This document shows, in pieces, positions 52,336 to 63,998 of a stretch of 64,000 nucleotides of DNA. Position 1 is the stretch's first letter. Every line of letters starts with the position of its first letter. The notes under the pieces were generated by a model. It ran no database searches. It was not told the origin of the DNA and was given only the letters and a program-made list of their open reading frames with translations. A program made the translations under genes and the position numbers. The stretch covers positions 4,109-68,108 of the forward strand of contig JAAETT010000546.1 of NCBI GenBank assembly GCA_024228115.1, in the 5' to 3' direction. The DNA is from a bacterium. GTDB taxonomy: Bacteria; Myxococcota_A; UBA9160; UBA6930.

Positions 52336-52710
52336 CTAGCCCTTGCTCGGCCCAGGGCACCCAGGCGCCCCGGGATCGATGGCCAGCCAGTCGCGCAGGC
52401 GGGCGACCGTGCGTGGGCCGAGCCCCGGCACGCGCTCCAGATCGGTGGGGCGGCAGAACGGTGTGCGCCCTCGATGCGCCACGATCGCATCCGCCCGGGC
52501 CGGACCAATCCCAGGCAGGACCGTCAATTCCAGCGCCGAAGCGCCGTTTGGATCGAGGCCCTCTCCAAAGAGCAGTCCCTCCACGGCCGTTACGTCGCCT
52601 CGAGGCCCCTCGGCCCAGGTCGGTCGGGTCTGGCGGCTTGCCTCTCGGGCCAACGGCACCGCGAGCAGGAACGCGGCCAATGCGAGTGCCGCCCCGCCCC
52701 GGCGGCTCAC
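52336..52710 (-). CDS. ComEA-like helix-hairpin-helix DNA-binding protein
   Basis: N-terminal anchor; LDPNGAS..EL..LPGIGPARADAI and LERVPGLGPRT HhH pair. Confidence 0.8.
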   Translation of the reverse strand: MSRRGGAALALAAFLLAVPLAREASRQTRPTWAEGPRGDVTAVEGLLFGEGLDPNGASALELTVLPGIGPARADAIVAHRGRTPFCRPTDLERVPGLGPRTVARLRDWLAIDPGAPGCPGPSKG

Positions 52711-52711
52711 C

Positions 52712-53953
52712 TCAAACCTCGGCAACCGGCTCTGCTGCACCGGCCTCGACGAACGCGGCGTGCAACGTGCGCACGGCAAGCTCGGTGTATTTCTCCTCGA
52801 TCACGACCGAGATCTTGATCTCGCTCGTCGTGATGAGTTGGATGTTGATGCCTTCCGCCGCAAGCGCCTCGAACATCTGGGCCGCCACGCCGGCATGGTC
52901 CTTCATCCCCAGGCCCACGACCGAGACCTTGGCGATCTCCTGGTCGCCCTCTACTTGTTCGGCGCCGACCGAGGCGGCGTGATCCTTCATCAACTCAAGC
53001 GCGCCGTCGTAGTCATCGCGGGGCACCGTGAAGGTCATGTCAGTCGTGCCGTCCTGGGACATGTTCTGGATGATCATGTCGACGACGGTACCCGCGCGAG
53101 ACAACGGCCCGAACAACGCGGCGGCCACGCCGGGGTTGTCCTTCACGCCCAGGACTCGGATCTTGGCCTCGCTTCGATTGTAGGTCACACCGGAAACCAC
53201 CAGGCGTTCCATCACATCCTCCTCGCGCACCACCCATGTGCCCTCTCCTTCGTGGAAGGAGGAGCGGACGTGAATGGGAATGCCATCTGCCATTGCAAAC
53301 TTCACCGACCGGATCTGCAGGACCTTCGCGCCCAGACTGGCCATCTCGAGCATCTCCTCGTAGGAAATGCGATCGAGCTTTCGAGCCGCCGGTACCATGT
53401 TCGGATCGGTCGTGAAGACGCCGTCCACATCGGTGTAGATCTCGCAGACATCCGCTTTCAGGGCGCAGGCAACGGCCACGGCGGAGGTATCGGTGCCACC
53501 ACGACCCAGGGTCGTGATGTTGCCGTTGTCATCGGTGCCCTGGAAACCCGCGATCACGGGAACCTCACCGGAGGAGATGGCGCTTCGGATGCGCTCGGCA
53601 TCGATGCTCAGGATGCGCGCGCGGCTGTGGTCGCCATCGGTTCGCATGCCGATCTGCGCTCCGGTAAAGGAGCGTGCCTCGTGGCCCAGTTGATGAATGG
53701 CCATCACCAGGAGGGCGATCGTCTTCTGTTCACCGGTCGAGACGAGGACATCGTATTCGCGCGGGCTCGGCACTTGACCACCGAGCTCCTTGGCCAGTGC
53801 CACGAGCTGGTTGGTCTCACCGGACATGGCCGAGACGACGACGGCGACGTCATGGCCAGCCTGCTTCGTAGCCACGACCCTGCGCGCGACGTTCCGAATC
53901 CGTTCCGGATCGCCCACGCTGGTGCCGCCGAATTTCTGGACGATCAAGGACAT
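52712..53953 (-). CDS. lysC: Aspartate kinase
   Basis: VQKFGGTSVG, VVVSAMSG, TTLGRGGTDTSA, YTDVDGV, two ACT domains ending TSEIKIS. Confidence 0.96.
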   Translation of the reverse strand: MSLIVQKFGGTSVGDPERIRNVARRVVATKQAGHDVAVVVSAMSGETNQLVALAKELGGQVPSPREYDVLVSTGEQKTIALLVMAIHQLGHEARSFTGAQIGMRTDGDHSRARILSIDAERIRSAISSGEVPVIAGFQGTDDNGNITTLGRGGTDTSAVAVACALKADVCEIYTDVDGVFTTDPNMVPAARKLDRISYEEMLEMASLGAKVLQIRSVKFAMADGIPIHVRSSFHEGEGTWVVREEDVMERLVVSGVTYNRSEAKIRVLGVKDNPGVAAALFGPLSRAGTVVDMIIQNMSQDGTTDMTFTVPRDDYDGALELMKDHAASVGAEQVEGDQEIAKVSVVGLGMKDHAGVAAQMFEALAAEGINIQLITTSEIKISVVIEEKYTELAVRTLHAAFVEAGAAEPVAEV

Positions 53954-54435
53954 GCTGCGCTCCAACGCTCGAGCGTGGCTCGGGAAGCAGGCCCCAACGC
54001 CGCGACACACACATGCCGATCCTCGACACCGCCCCCCGGGCGGAGCTCGATTTCGAGGCGATCCTGGGGAAGCGCTTCAGGGAAGCGATCGCCCCATTCC
54101 ACCACCAGCCCCACGCCCGGCGCGAGCCAATCGTGGAGACCCGACGCCATGAGCTCATCCTCGCTCTCGACGCGATACCAATCTGCATGCACCAGGCGAA
54201 GCTCCGGCGGTGCCCCGTATTCGTTGGCGATCACGAAGGTCGGGCTCGAAACGCCGGACGGATCGATGCCCAGGCCTTCGGCCAGCGCCTTCGCGAAGAG
54301 CGTCTTTCCCGCTCCGAGCGGTCCGTTCAAGCTCACGACCCATCCTTTGCCATTGCCCACCTGGAGCAATGCGGTTGCCAATGCGCGCGCCAGCGCGCTC
54401 GTTTCAGTGGGACTCTTGGAAGGCCAGTTGCGCAT
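53944..54435 (-). CDS. tsaE: tRNA threonylcarbamoyladenosine biosynthesis ATPase
   Basis: LNGPLGAGKT, SSPTF, HADWYR, VEWGD. Confidence 0.92.
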   Translation of the reverse strand: MRNWPSKSPTETSALARALATALLQVGNGKGWVVSLNGPLGAGKTLFAKALAEGLGIDPSGVSSPTFVIANEYGAPPELRLVHADWYRVESEDELMASGLHDWLAPGVGLVVEWGDRFPEALPQDRLEIELRPGGGVEDRHVCVAALGPASRATLERWSAACP

Positions 54436-56023
54436 CGGCCGGCTCCGGGAATCCCAGGACATCGCCCTCCGGCGCTGCTTCTTCTTCTGCGGTTCTGCGA
54501 TAGGCCTCGAGCACCTCGGGCAGGAGATCGACCAGCTCGCCCGCCAACAGACCCACGTCTCCGCGGCGGGAGGCGAAGAGTTCTCCGGCAGCGCCGTGCA
54601 CGGCTGGTCCCGCAATTCCGGCCTGAAATGCAGAAAGGCCCTGGGCGATGAATCCACCCACCACGCCGGCCAGCACATCGCCTGTGCCGCCCGTTCCCAG
54701 GACGGGCCCGCCCGTGGGATTCACGGCCAGTTGGCCTGTGGGTTCTGCTGTCACCGTTCCCGCTCCCTTCAACACCACGACGGCACCACTCGCCCGCGCC
54801 AAGGCACGAGCGGCCTTGGGCCGGTCGGCGAGTACCTCGGCGGTCGTCTGATCGAGCAGCGCCGCGGCTTCTCCCGGGTGGGGCGTCACGATAGTGACCG
54901 GCTGTCGGGCCTTCAACACGTCGAGCTGGCCGCGGAACGCCAGTAGGCCATCGGCATCCAGGATCAGCGGAACCGCCAGCTGCTCGGCAAGGCGGCGGAT
55001 CAAATCGAGGGTCTCTCCGCCTCGGCCGACACCCGGGCCCAGCACCACCGCATCTCGGCTCGCCGCCAGCTCGAGAATCGCCTTCTGGGCCGAGAGCGCG
55101 AGCGCGTGCTCGGCCGTCTCGGCAACCGGCGACGTCATGGCTTCGGTGCACTTCACCTCGAGGATCGGGTTCGTGCTCGCCGGGCAGGCGATCGTCACCA
55201 ATCCGGCGCCGCTCCGGCTCGCGCCATGCGCGGCCAAGGCCGCTGCGCCGGTCATGCCTTCGGAGCCGGCCACCACCAGTACATGGCCGAAGGTCCCCTT
55301 GTGGCCATGTACGGGCCGCCCCGGCAGCAGTTCGCCCACCGCACGCCGAGTCCAGAGCTCGGCTTGTGGATGGATGCCCGGAGCCGCGTCGAGAATGCCG
55401 ATGCGGCCCACACGAATCTGGCCCGCATGTCGTCGCCCGGGCTCCAGGGCCAACCCGAGTTTCGGAAGGCCCAGCGTGAGCGTGGCGTCTGCCTCCACGG
55501 CAACGCCCAATACCTGCCCCGTATCTGCATCGAGCCCCGACGGGAGATCGACCGAGAGAACCCGGACGCCCGCCGGCCGCTCGACGAGCTTCCGAATCCA
55601 ACGCGCAAGCTCGCCCTCGACGGGTCGACGAAGGCCGGTTCCGAACAGGGCATCGACGATCACATCGCCAGCCCGCGCTCGTAGCCGGGTGCCGGTGGGC
55701 ACGCCGACGCGCTCGGCGCGAGCGGCATTCGCAGCGGCATCGCCCTGTAGCTCGGCCGGAGGCAGCGCAGGAAGAATCTGAACCGGAACGCCCCGCGCAT
55801 GAAGGTGCCGCCCCGCCACCCAGCCATCGCCACCATTGTTGCCGGCGCCGCAGAGGATCCAGACCCGCCCGCCTGGAGAAAGCAGGGCCTCGGCCTCTCG
55901 CGCCACAAGCTGGCCCGCGCACTCCATCAACAGCTCGCCGGCGATGCCGAGTGTCTCGATCGTATGGCGATCGAGCGCACGCATCTCTTCGGCAGTCAGG
56001 AGTGGCCAACGAGGAATAGGCAT
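54404..56023 (-). CDS. nnr: Bifunctional NAD(P)H-hydrate epimerase/dehydratase
   Basis: CGAGNNGGDG, DALFGTG, DLPSG; HKGTFG, GPGVG, LDADG, TPHPGE, LKG, GTGGTGDVLAG. Confidence 0.95.
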   Translation of the reverse strand: MPIPRWPLLTAEEMRALDRHTIETLGIAGELLMECAGQLVAREAEALLSPGGRVWILCGAGNNGGDGWVAGRHLHARGVPVQILPALPPAELQGDAAANAARAERVGVPTGTRLRARAGDVIVDALFGTGLRRPVEGELARWIRKLVERPAGVRVLSVDLPSGLDADTGQVLGVAVEADATLTLGLPKLGLALEPGRRHAGQIRVGRIGILDAAPGIHPQAELWTRRAVGELLPGRPVHGHKGTFGHVLVVAGSEGMTGAAALAAHGASRSGAGLVTIACPASTNPILEVKCTEAMTSPVAETAEHALALSAQKAILELAASRDAVVLGPGVGRGGETLDLIRRLAEQLAVPLILDADGLLAFRGQLDVLKARQPVTIVTPHPGEAAALLDQTTAEVLADRPKAARALARASGAVVVLKGAGTVTAEPTGQLAVNPTGGPVLGTGGTGDVLAGVVGGFIAQGLSAFQAGIAGPAVHGAAGELFASRRGDVGLLAGELVDLLPEVLEAYRRTAEEEAAPEGDVLGFPEPADAQLAFQESH

Positions 56024-56054
56024 GGGTCCAGGTTAGCGGAGGGCGCGGAGCTTC

Positions 56055-56765
56055 TTAGGAGATCCGGCCTCGCAGGTCCCGGGTCGCCTGGTCGATGCCC
56101 GAGAGCAGGCCCCGGCCGACCCATTCACGGCCAACGGCCACCCACTCGCACACCGGCGCCACCTCCAACAAGCGAGCCGAGGATCGCTCGTCGAGGCGGC
56201 CTCCCAGGCCCACACGCAGGCCGAGCTTGGCGGCGAGACGAGTGGCGTCGGCAAGTCCGCCAAGCGCGGGCTCGGCCTCGCTTTCCGGCAGATCGACGAG
56301 CTGGTGGGTATCGAGCTCCACCGCGCGAATATCCGCATGGCGGGCCGCCTTGACGGCTTCCGGGTGCGGCGCGATACGCGCTATCACGCCGATCCCCGCC
56401 TCCTGGAGCGTGCGCACCACCGGGGAGAGCGCACTCCCCCAGGCCTGAAAATCGAGCGGCCCGGCAGCACGGCCGGCCGAGCGTGTCTCGGCGGCCAGAA
56501 GCACCCGCTCGGGCCTGGCTTCGAGCGCACTCTTCACGAGGGTCGGCATGGGCGCCATGCGTAGCTCGAGCTGTCGCGCCGCACGACGGACATCGAGCAC
56601 ATCGCTTTCCGTGACGGGCCGATGCTCTTCGAGGAGCCCAATGCGCACCGCATCGGAACCTCCAAGCTCCGCCAGAACAGCGGCCGCACCTAGCGTGGCC
56701 GTGCGTTGCAGCACCTGATCGCGAAGCACCGCGATCGAGTCGAGACCGGTGATGAGTTTTCGCAT
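56055..56765 (-). CDS. pdxJ: PdxJ (pyridoxine 5'-phosphate synthase) homologue with degenerate active site
   Basis: Full-length by-eye alignment to PdxJ (LDSIAVLR, AELGGSDA, VELDT, AKLGLRV) at the syntenic position after glmM; catalytic residues substituted. Confidence 0.75.
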   Translation of the reverse strand: MRKLITGLDSIAVLRDQVLQRTATLGAAAVLAELGGSDAVRIGLLEEHRPVTESDVLDVRRAARQLELRMAPMPTLVKSALEARPERVLLAAETRSAGRAAGPLDFQAWGSALSPVVRTLQEAGIGVIARIAPHPEAVKAARHADIRAVELDTHQLVDLPESEAEPALGGLADATRLAAKLGLRVGLGGRLDERSSARLLEVAPVCEWVAVGREWVGRGLLSGIDQATRDLRGRIS

Positions 56766-56767
56766 GG

Positions 56768-58144
56768 TCAGCTCGCGTCTCCGACGGCTCGGCTCAAGGC
56801 ATCCGCCAGATCCTGGGCGTAGCCGGCGACCCGTTCTTCATCTTCGCCTTCGACCATCACGCGCGCCTTCGGCTCGGTGCCCGAGTATCGGATCAGGACA
56901 CGCCCGGAGCTGCCGAGTTCGCTTTCCACCTGAGCCAGGCGCTCCAGGAACGTTGGCAGCTCTTCGATCGGCGTCTTCTCGCCCACCTCCACGTTGATCA
57001 GCGCCTGGGGGAAGCGTTCGAAATCCGCCACCAGCTCCGAGAGCGGCTTCTGCTGCTTGCACATCACCGCTAGTGCCTGAAGGCCGGTCAGCAGCCCGTC
57101 TCCCGTGGTGTTGTGATCCAGGAAGACGATATGACCACTCTGCTCGCCGCCTAGGTTGTAGCCGCCCTCTCGCATCCCCTCGACGACATAGCGATCACCG
57201 ACCTTGGTGCGAATCAACCGAAGGCCGAGCTTCTCGACGGCCTTCTCGAGACCGATGTTGCTGTAGGCCGTCGCGACCATTCCGCCGCCGCGAAGTTTCC
57301 CGCGCTGCTGGAAGTCCTTTGCAAAGAGGGCCAACAATGCGTCACCGTCGACGACCTGGCCCTTTTCATCGACCAACATCACACGATCGGCGTCGCCGTC
57401 CACCGCGATACCGATATCGGCGCGCAGCTCTCTCACCTTGGCAGAGAGGCGTTCGGGGTGGAGTGAGCCTGCCTTCTCGTTGATGTTGGTGCCGTTCGGT
57501 TCCACACCGATGGTGAAGAGCTCGGCGCCAAGCTCCTGGAGCATGGTGGGGCCGACTTTGTAGGCGGCGCCATTGGCGCAATCGAGAACGACCCGCAGGC
57601 CCTCGAGATCCCGATCAAAGGGGAAGCACTTCTTCAGGAAGACGACGTAACGGCCCTCCGCATCATCGATTCTCTTCGCCCGCCCGATGGCATCGGGCAT
57701 CGCGCGATGGCCGAGCAGCTCGTCGGAGGCAATCAACGCCTCGATCCGCTGTTCGACCGAATCGGGCAGCTTGAAGCCGTCATGAGCGAAGAACTTGATC
57801 CCGTTGTCGTGATAGGGATTGTGGCTCGCGGAGATCATGGCGCCTGCATCGCAGCGCATATCCCGCGTAAGGAATGCCATGGCCGGTGTCGGCATCGGGC
57901 CGACCTGGATCACGTTGCCGCCCATCGAGCAGATGCCCGCGGCCAACGCGTCCTCGAACATGTAGCCGGAGAGCCTCGTATCCTTGCCGATCAGGAACCG
58001 GTGCAGGCCGTCGCCGTCCCTCCGGAACACGTGGGCGATCGCCTGGCCGAGCTTCAATGCGACCTCGACCGTCATGGGAAAGACATTCGCCTTGCCCCGC
58101 ACCCCGTCGGTTCCGAACAGCGCGTGAGGCCGCTCGTCGCTCAT
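56768..58144 (-). CDS. glmM: Phosphoglucosamine mutase
   Basis: FGTDGVRG, GKDTRLSG, MISASHNP, DGDADR, GGEQSGH, RYSGTEP. Confidence 0.97.
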   Translation of the reverse strand: MSDERPHALFGTDGVRGKANVFPMTVEVALKLGQAIAHVFRRDGDGLHRFLIGKDTRLSGYMFEDALAAGICSMGGNVIQVGPMPTPAMAFLTRDMRCDAGAMISASHNPYHDNGIKFFAHDGFKLPDSVEQRIEALIASDELLGHRAMPDAIGRAKRIDDAEGRYVVFLKKCFPFDRDLEGLRVVLDCANGAAYKVGPTMLQELGAELFTIGVEPNGTNINEKAGSLHPERLSAKVRELRADIGIAVDGDADRVMLVDEKGQVVDGDALLALFAKDFQQRGKLRGGGMVATAYSNIGLEKAVEKLGLRLIRTKVGDRYVVEGMREGGYNLGGEQSGHIVFLDHNTTGDGLLTGLQALAVMCKQQKPLSELVADFERFPQALINVEVGEKTPIEELPTFLERLAQVESELGSSGRVLIRYSGTEPKARVMVEGEDEERVAGYAQDLADALSRAVGDAS

Positions 58145-58815
58145 CCCGTCTCCTCCACTTCCACTTCGGGCTCCTCAGCGATGGGGGCCACCTGTACGCG
58201 GACGGTCACGTCCTGTTCCTTCTCGACCCAGACGTGGCGCCCAACCAGGGCCGGCTTCACACTCCGCTCCAGCGGCGCATCGAGGCCGTTCACATCAATC
58301 GTTTCGGTCATTACCTCCGCCAACCGAAGCACTTCGCTACGAGCGCCGGTAATCCAGATCCGGGCCGGCTCGACCTGGACCCCTTCGATGGCGAAGCCAG
58401 GCGCAGGGTCTCCAGCGACATCCGGGCGCAGGGGAACGGCCTTTCGGCCTCTCTGGGTGAGGGTGAACTCGATTCCGCCCGGAGAGCGACTGACGACCTG
58501 CAGGCCCCGGGGCAGCTCGAGCTCCTGGGTTTCGACGGTATGGGCCGTCACCCCGCGCTGGGCGCCAGAAAGATCGACGCCGTAGACCATGTCCCCGACC
58601 GAGAGCCTCCGCAGTGCGGCCCGACTCCCCCGCACCCGGACGTTGACCGTATCCGTGGATTGCTCGGTGACGACCAGTTTGTCCGGAACCCCCACCAGCG
58701 CCACGGGAAGATCGAAGCCCCGCTCGATCGACGAGGTGCTGTGGGAGAGCCCCCAGAGCAGGAACGCCGCGATCAGGGCCATCAACTTGAACCCGAGGTT
58801 CTTGAAGATTCTCAT
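58141..58815 (-). CDS. cdaR: YbbR-like domain protein (CdaR)
   Basis: N-terminal TM (FKLMALIAAFLLW) plus YbbR-type repeats (VNVRVRG, VEPARIWITG); lies between cdaA and glmM. Confidence 0.85.
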   Translation of the reverse strand: MRIFKNLGFKLMALIAAFLLWGLSHSTSSIERGFDLPVALVGVPDKLVVTEQSTDTVNVRVRGSRAALRRLSVGDMVYGVDLSGAQRGVTAHTVETQELELPRGLQVVSRSPGGIEFTLTQRGRKAVPLRPDVAGDPAPGFAIEGVQVEPARIWITGARSEVLRLAEVMTETIDVNGLDAPLERSVKPALVGRHVWVEKEQDVTVRVQVAPIAEEPEVEVEETG

Positions 58816-59717
58816 CGCGTGTGCACCGCATCCGAGGGACCCGTGGCGGAGCCGCCGCTCTCGGCCGGTTCCTCGATGCCCGCGACGATCTCCTCGATCG
58901 GTGCATCGAGGATCGAATCCCGCGAGAAGAGATCACGCAAGACCACCCGCAACTGCGGAGCACCCAGATTGCGCGTGAGCGTGCCGCCGACGACGACCGA
59001 GATCCCGCCCGTCTCTTCCGACACGACGATGACCACGGCGTCGGTTTCCTCGGTGATGCCCACCGCCGCCCTGTGCCGGGTGCCCATGCCCTCCGGCAGA
59101 TCCCCGCTCAAGGTGAGCGGCAGGATGCAGCCTGCGTGGGTGACCCGGCCCTCCGTGATGATCACTGCGCCGTCGTGGATCGGGGAATAGGGCAAGAAGA
59201 TCGAGGTCAGAAGCTCTTTGCTCACGACGCCATCGATCGGCGTGCCCGCTTCGACCAGATCCTCGAGTCCGCTATCGCGCTCTAGCACGATCAGTGCGCC
59301 GACTCGCTTTTCCGCCAGGCTCTGCCCGGCGCGCACCACCTCCTCGAGGATCTGCGATTCCTGGCGCTCGCTGATGCGGGGAAACACGCCGCGGCCCACC
59401 CGGGCCAGCACCCGCCGGATATCCGCCTGGAACAACACGATGATGATCAGCACGGCGGAGGCCAGGAAATTCTCGAGGATCCAGGAGAGGGTCACGAGAT
59501 CGAAGAGATCCGAGACCAGCCGTAGGGCGAGCAGCGCCAACAGGCCCAGCAGGATCTGGATGGCCCGGGTGCCCTTCAACAGGAGGAGCAACCAGTAGAT
59601 GCCCAGGCTGACGACCAGGATGTCGAGGGTGTCGCGGACTGGATCGAACGTCGTGGACAGGAACAACCAGAGTTCGGAGCTCTCCGCTCGCAGCCACTCG
59701 ACCAGGAACTCGATCAC
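58812..59717 (-). CDS. cdaA: Diadenylate cyclase (membrane-bound)
   Basis: Three TM helices; DAC motifs IHDGA and GTRHRAA; VVSEETG. Confidence 0.95.
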   Translation of the reverse strand: MIEFLVEWLRAESSELWLFLSTTFDPVRDTLDILVVSLGIYWLLLLLKGTRAIQILLGLLALLALRLVSDLFDLVTLSWILENFLASAVLIIIVLFQADIRRVLARVGRGVFPRISERQESQILEEVVRAGQSLAEKRVGALIVLERDSGLEDLVEAGTPIDGVVSKELLTSIFLPYSPIHDGAVIITEGRVTHAGCILPLTLSGDLPEGMGTRHRAAVGITEETDAVVIVVSEETGGISVVVGGTLTRNLGAPQLRVVLRDLFSRDSILDAPIEEIVAGIEEPAESGGSATGPSDAVHTR

Positions 59718-60565
59718 GCCCTGGCCTCCCGCAGTGCCCGTGCAACCTGGACGGCACGACGTGCGCCGGCAACCTCGTGCACTCGAACCGCGTCCGCACC
59801 CGCAAACACCGCCACCGCACAGGCCGCTTGGCTGGCGGTATCTCGCGTGGCCGGCGCTTCATCGCCCGTGATGTGGGCGAGGAAGGATTTGCGAGAGGGT
59901 CCCACCATCACAGGTCGTCCGACTCGCTCGCGTAGCTCGCCGACACGGGCCAGCAGCGCCAGGTTGTGTCGGAGTTCCTTGCCGAAACCGATTCCCGGGT
60001 CGATCGCGATCTGTTCGGAGGCCACGCCCGCGGCTTCTGCAGCCGCCACCGCAGCGCGAAGCTCACCCGCCACCTCGGCCAGGACATCCTCGAACTGCAC
60101 AGCGTCCTGCATGTCGGCGGGCACACCGCGCAGATGGCCAACGACCAGGCCCGCATCATGACGTGCGACCACCTGTGCGAGTGCGGGATCGAAGGCGAGC
60201 CCCGAGACATCGTTCACGATCGTAGCCCCGGCCTCGAGCGCAGCGGATGCGACCTCGGCCTTGCGCGTATCGATCGATAGAGGGATGTCCAGATGCTTGG
60301 CGAGAGCCTCGATCACCGGCCGCGTACGCAGGATCTCCTCCCTGGCCGGCACTTCTTCCGCACCCGGTCGGGTCGATTCTCCGCCCACATCGATCCAATG
60401 CGCACCGGCCTCGACCATCGCCCGGGCCTCTCGCAGCGCGGATTCCACATCCACGCTTTCGCCACGGCGCAGGAAGCGACCGCCGTCCGAGAAGGAATCG
60501 GGAGTCGCGTTCAGCACCCCGACGATCGTCACGCGTTCCGGCGGGAGGATCGTCGTCCTGGTCAT
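59714..60565 (-). CDS. folP: Dihydropteroate synthase
   Basis: LNATPDSFSDGG, DVGGESTRPG, SIDT, DPGIGFGK, GPSRKSF, VRVHEV. Confidence 0.96.
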   Translation of the reverse strand: MTRTTILPPERVTIVGVLNATPDSFSDGGRFLRRGESVDVESALREARAMVEAGAHWIDVGGESTRPGAEEVPAREEILRTRPVIEALAKHLDIPLSIDTRKAEVASAALEAGATIVNDVSGLAFDPALAQVVARHDAGLVVGHLRGVPADMQDAVQFEDVLAEVAGELRAAVAAAEAAGVASEQIAIDPGIGFGKELRHNLALLARVGELRERVGRPVMVGPSRKSFLAHITGDEAPATRDTASQAACAVAVFAGADAVRVHEVAGARRAVQVARALREARA

Positions 60566-60596
60566 CCGCCAACCTCTCTGGGGGGAGGTGATTCGA

Positions 60597-62511
<1,915 letters not shown>

Positions 62512-62534
<23 letters not shown>

Positions 62535-62569
62535 GTTCGCTTCTTGTAGAACTGTTGGTTCACGTTCGC
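62512..62569. repeat. Perfect 29-bp tandem duplication spanning the ftsH start
   Basis: TTCTTGTAGAACTGTTGGTTCACGTTCGC occurs at 62512-62540 and again at 62541-62569. Confidence 0.95.
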
Positions 62570-62805
62570 TCCCGGCCCGATATCGCCCGGGCCTCTCGGC
62601 GGTACTGGTACTCGTTGCAATACAGGTGCGCGCGCACACTAAACCGAGGGGCTGTGTGGAAAAGGCCCCTCGTGCGAGATTGCCAATGGTTCCCGCAGTT
62701 TAGCATCCGTCCCCTCTCATGCCCGATGGCCCCTTCTGGTTTGTCGGCAGACGTCACGTCGCGCCTGAGCCACGCCACTCCTCGGTCACACCGCCGGGGT
62801 CGGCC

Positions 62806-63846
62806 TCATGTCCCGGTTGGACCCCCGTCGGAACCACTTCGTTCTCTGGAAGCAAGGCTGAAGCCGGCGGGGTCGTTCTGAAGGATCAACCCGCCCGGAA
62901 GCTCCAGCCGAGCCCCGGGTGACGATTGCACCAGGAAACGCAGCGCGCGCTCGAGATGCTGGCGGCTCACGTCCCGTCCACCCCCGAGCCGATGCCAGGC
63001 GAGGCGGATGAGCCGCCGGGCCAGGGCCGGAGGCAGCGTCTCCCAGCCTTTCTTCGCGAACCGCGCCACCTCGCCGTCGCCTCCTAGCCACTGCGGCGCC
63101 GCCTCCCGGGTGAGGGCATCCAGCCACTCGTTCTCGTCGCGCTGGGCATCGGCCAGATCCGCCAGCGCGCGTTGCCAGCCCGGGTTCAAGCTTTCGGCCA
63201 GGGCCCGAAGCTGCTGGCGAAGCCGGGCCCGGGCGAAACGCGGATCCCGATTGGATGCGTCTTCCCGCCAGACGAGGGCCTCACTCCCCGCCCAGGCCTC
63301 GATCGCCTCGCGGTCGACGCCCAGCAGCGGTCGCACGATTCGACCATCCGCACTTGCCGGCGGGATGCCCGCGAGGCCGTCGGGGCCGGTTCCGCGGAAC
63401 AGACGCAGCAGCAGGGTCTCGGCCTGATCGTCCCGTTGATGGGCGGTGGCGATGTGTTGAGATCCGAGTTCGGCGGCGATCGCATCGAGTGCGTCGTAGC
63501 GGACTCGGCGCGCCGCCTCTTGCAGGCTGGGCCGGCTGCGGCTCGGACCCTCGGTGCGAAGACTCTCTGGCTCCACCCGAGCCAGCCGGAACACGAGCCC
63601 GTATTCGGCCGCGGCCTCCTCGACACAACGCGCGTCCGCATCGGCCTCGGCGCCCCGCAGGCCATGGTGGACATGGGCCACGGCGAGCCCCAGCCCGAAC
63701 TCCTCGCGCAGCCCAGCAAGCGCGTGCAGCAGGACCATCGAATCGACGCCGCCCGAAACGGCGACGAGCACGCTACGCCCCACCAGGCCCAGGGCCTGGA
63801 TGGCCCGCGCAACCTCCGCCGGAACCTGAGCGAGAGGAGCCCCCAC
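62806..63846 (-). CDS. tilS: tRNA(Ile)-lysidine synthase
   Basis: PP-loop AVSGGVDS, HVHHGLR, QEAARRVRY, TAHQRDDQAET, RPLL, WREDASN, R(A)RLR. GTG start at 63846 estimated. Confidence 0.93.
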   Translation of the reverse strand: MGAPLAQVPAEVARAIQALGLVGRSVLVAVSGGVDSMVLLHALAGLREEFGLGLAVAHVHHGLRGAEADADARCVEEAAAEYGLVFRLARVEPESLRTEGPSRSRPSLQEAARRVRYDALDAIAAELGSQHIATAHQRDDQAETLLLRLFRGTGPDGLAGIPPASADGRIVRPLLGVDREAIEAWAGSEALVWREDASNRDPRFARARLRQQLRALAESLNPGWQRALADLADAQRDENEWLDALTREAAPQWLGGDGEVARFAKKGWETLPPALARRLIRLAWHRLGGGRDVSRQHLERALRFLVQSSPGARLELPGGLILQNDPAGFSLASRERSGSDGGPTGT

Positions 63847-63851
63847 GGCGA

Positions 63852-63998
63852 CTAGCGAAGGGCGCTGGCATCGCCGATCAGAACACGCGAGCCGTCGTCT
63901 TTTTCGACCCACACGTCGCAGGCCACGCGGGTGCGCGTACCTTCGGGCCACTCTTCGCGGATGCGGCCATAAGCGGTCACACGCTCGTCGACCCACAA
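63852..63998 (-). CDS. C-terminal end of a probable hotdog-fold (MaoC-like) protein, truncated by the window edge
   Basis: Manual translation ...LWVDERVTAYGRIREEWPEGTRTRVACDVWVEKDDGSRVLIGDASALR*, with a beta-rich MaoC-like pattern. Confidence 0.45.
   Translation of the reverse strand: MWVDERVTAYGRIREEWPEGTRTRVACDVWVEKDDGSRVLIGDASALR

Noticed and set aside
62570-62805. hpt remnant between tilS and ftsH
   Set aside because: hpt often lies here, but no phosphoribosyltransferase-like sequence is recognisable. It looks like an ordinary promoter region.
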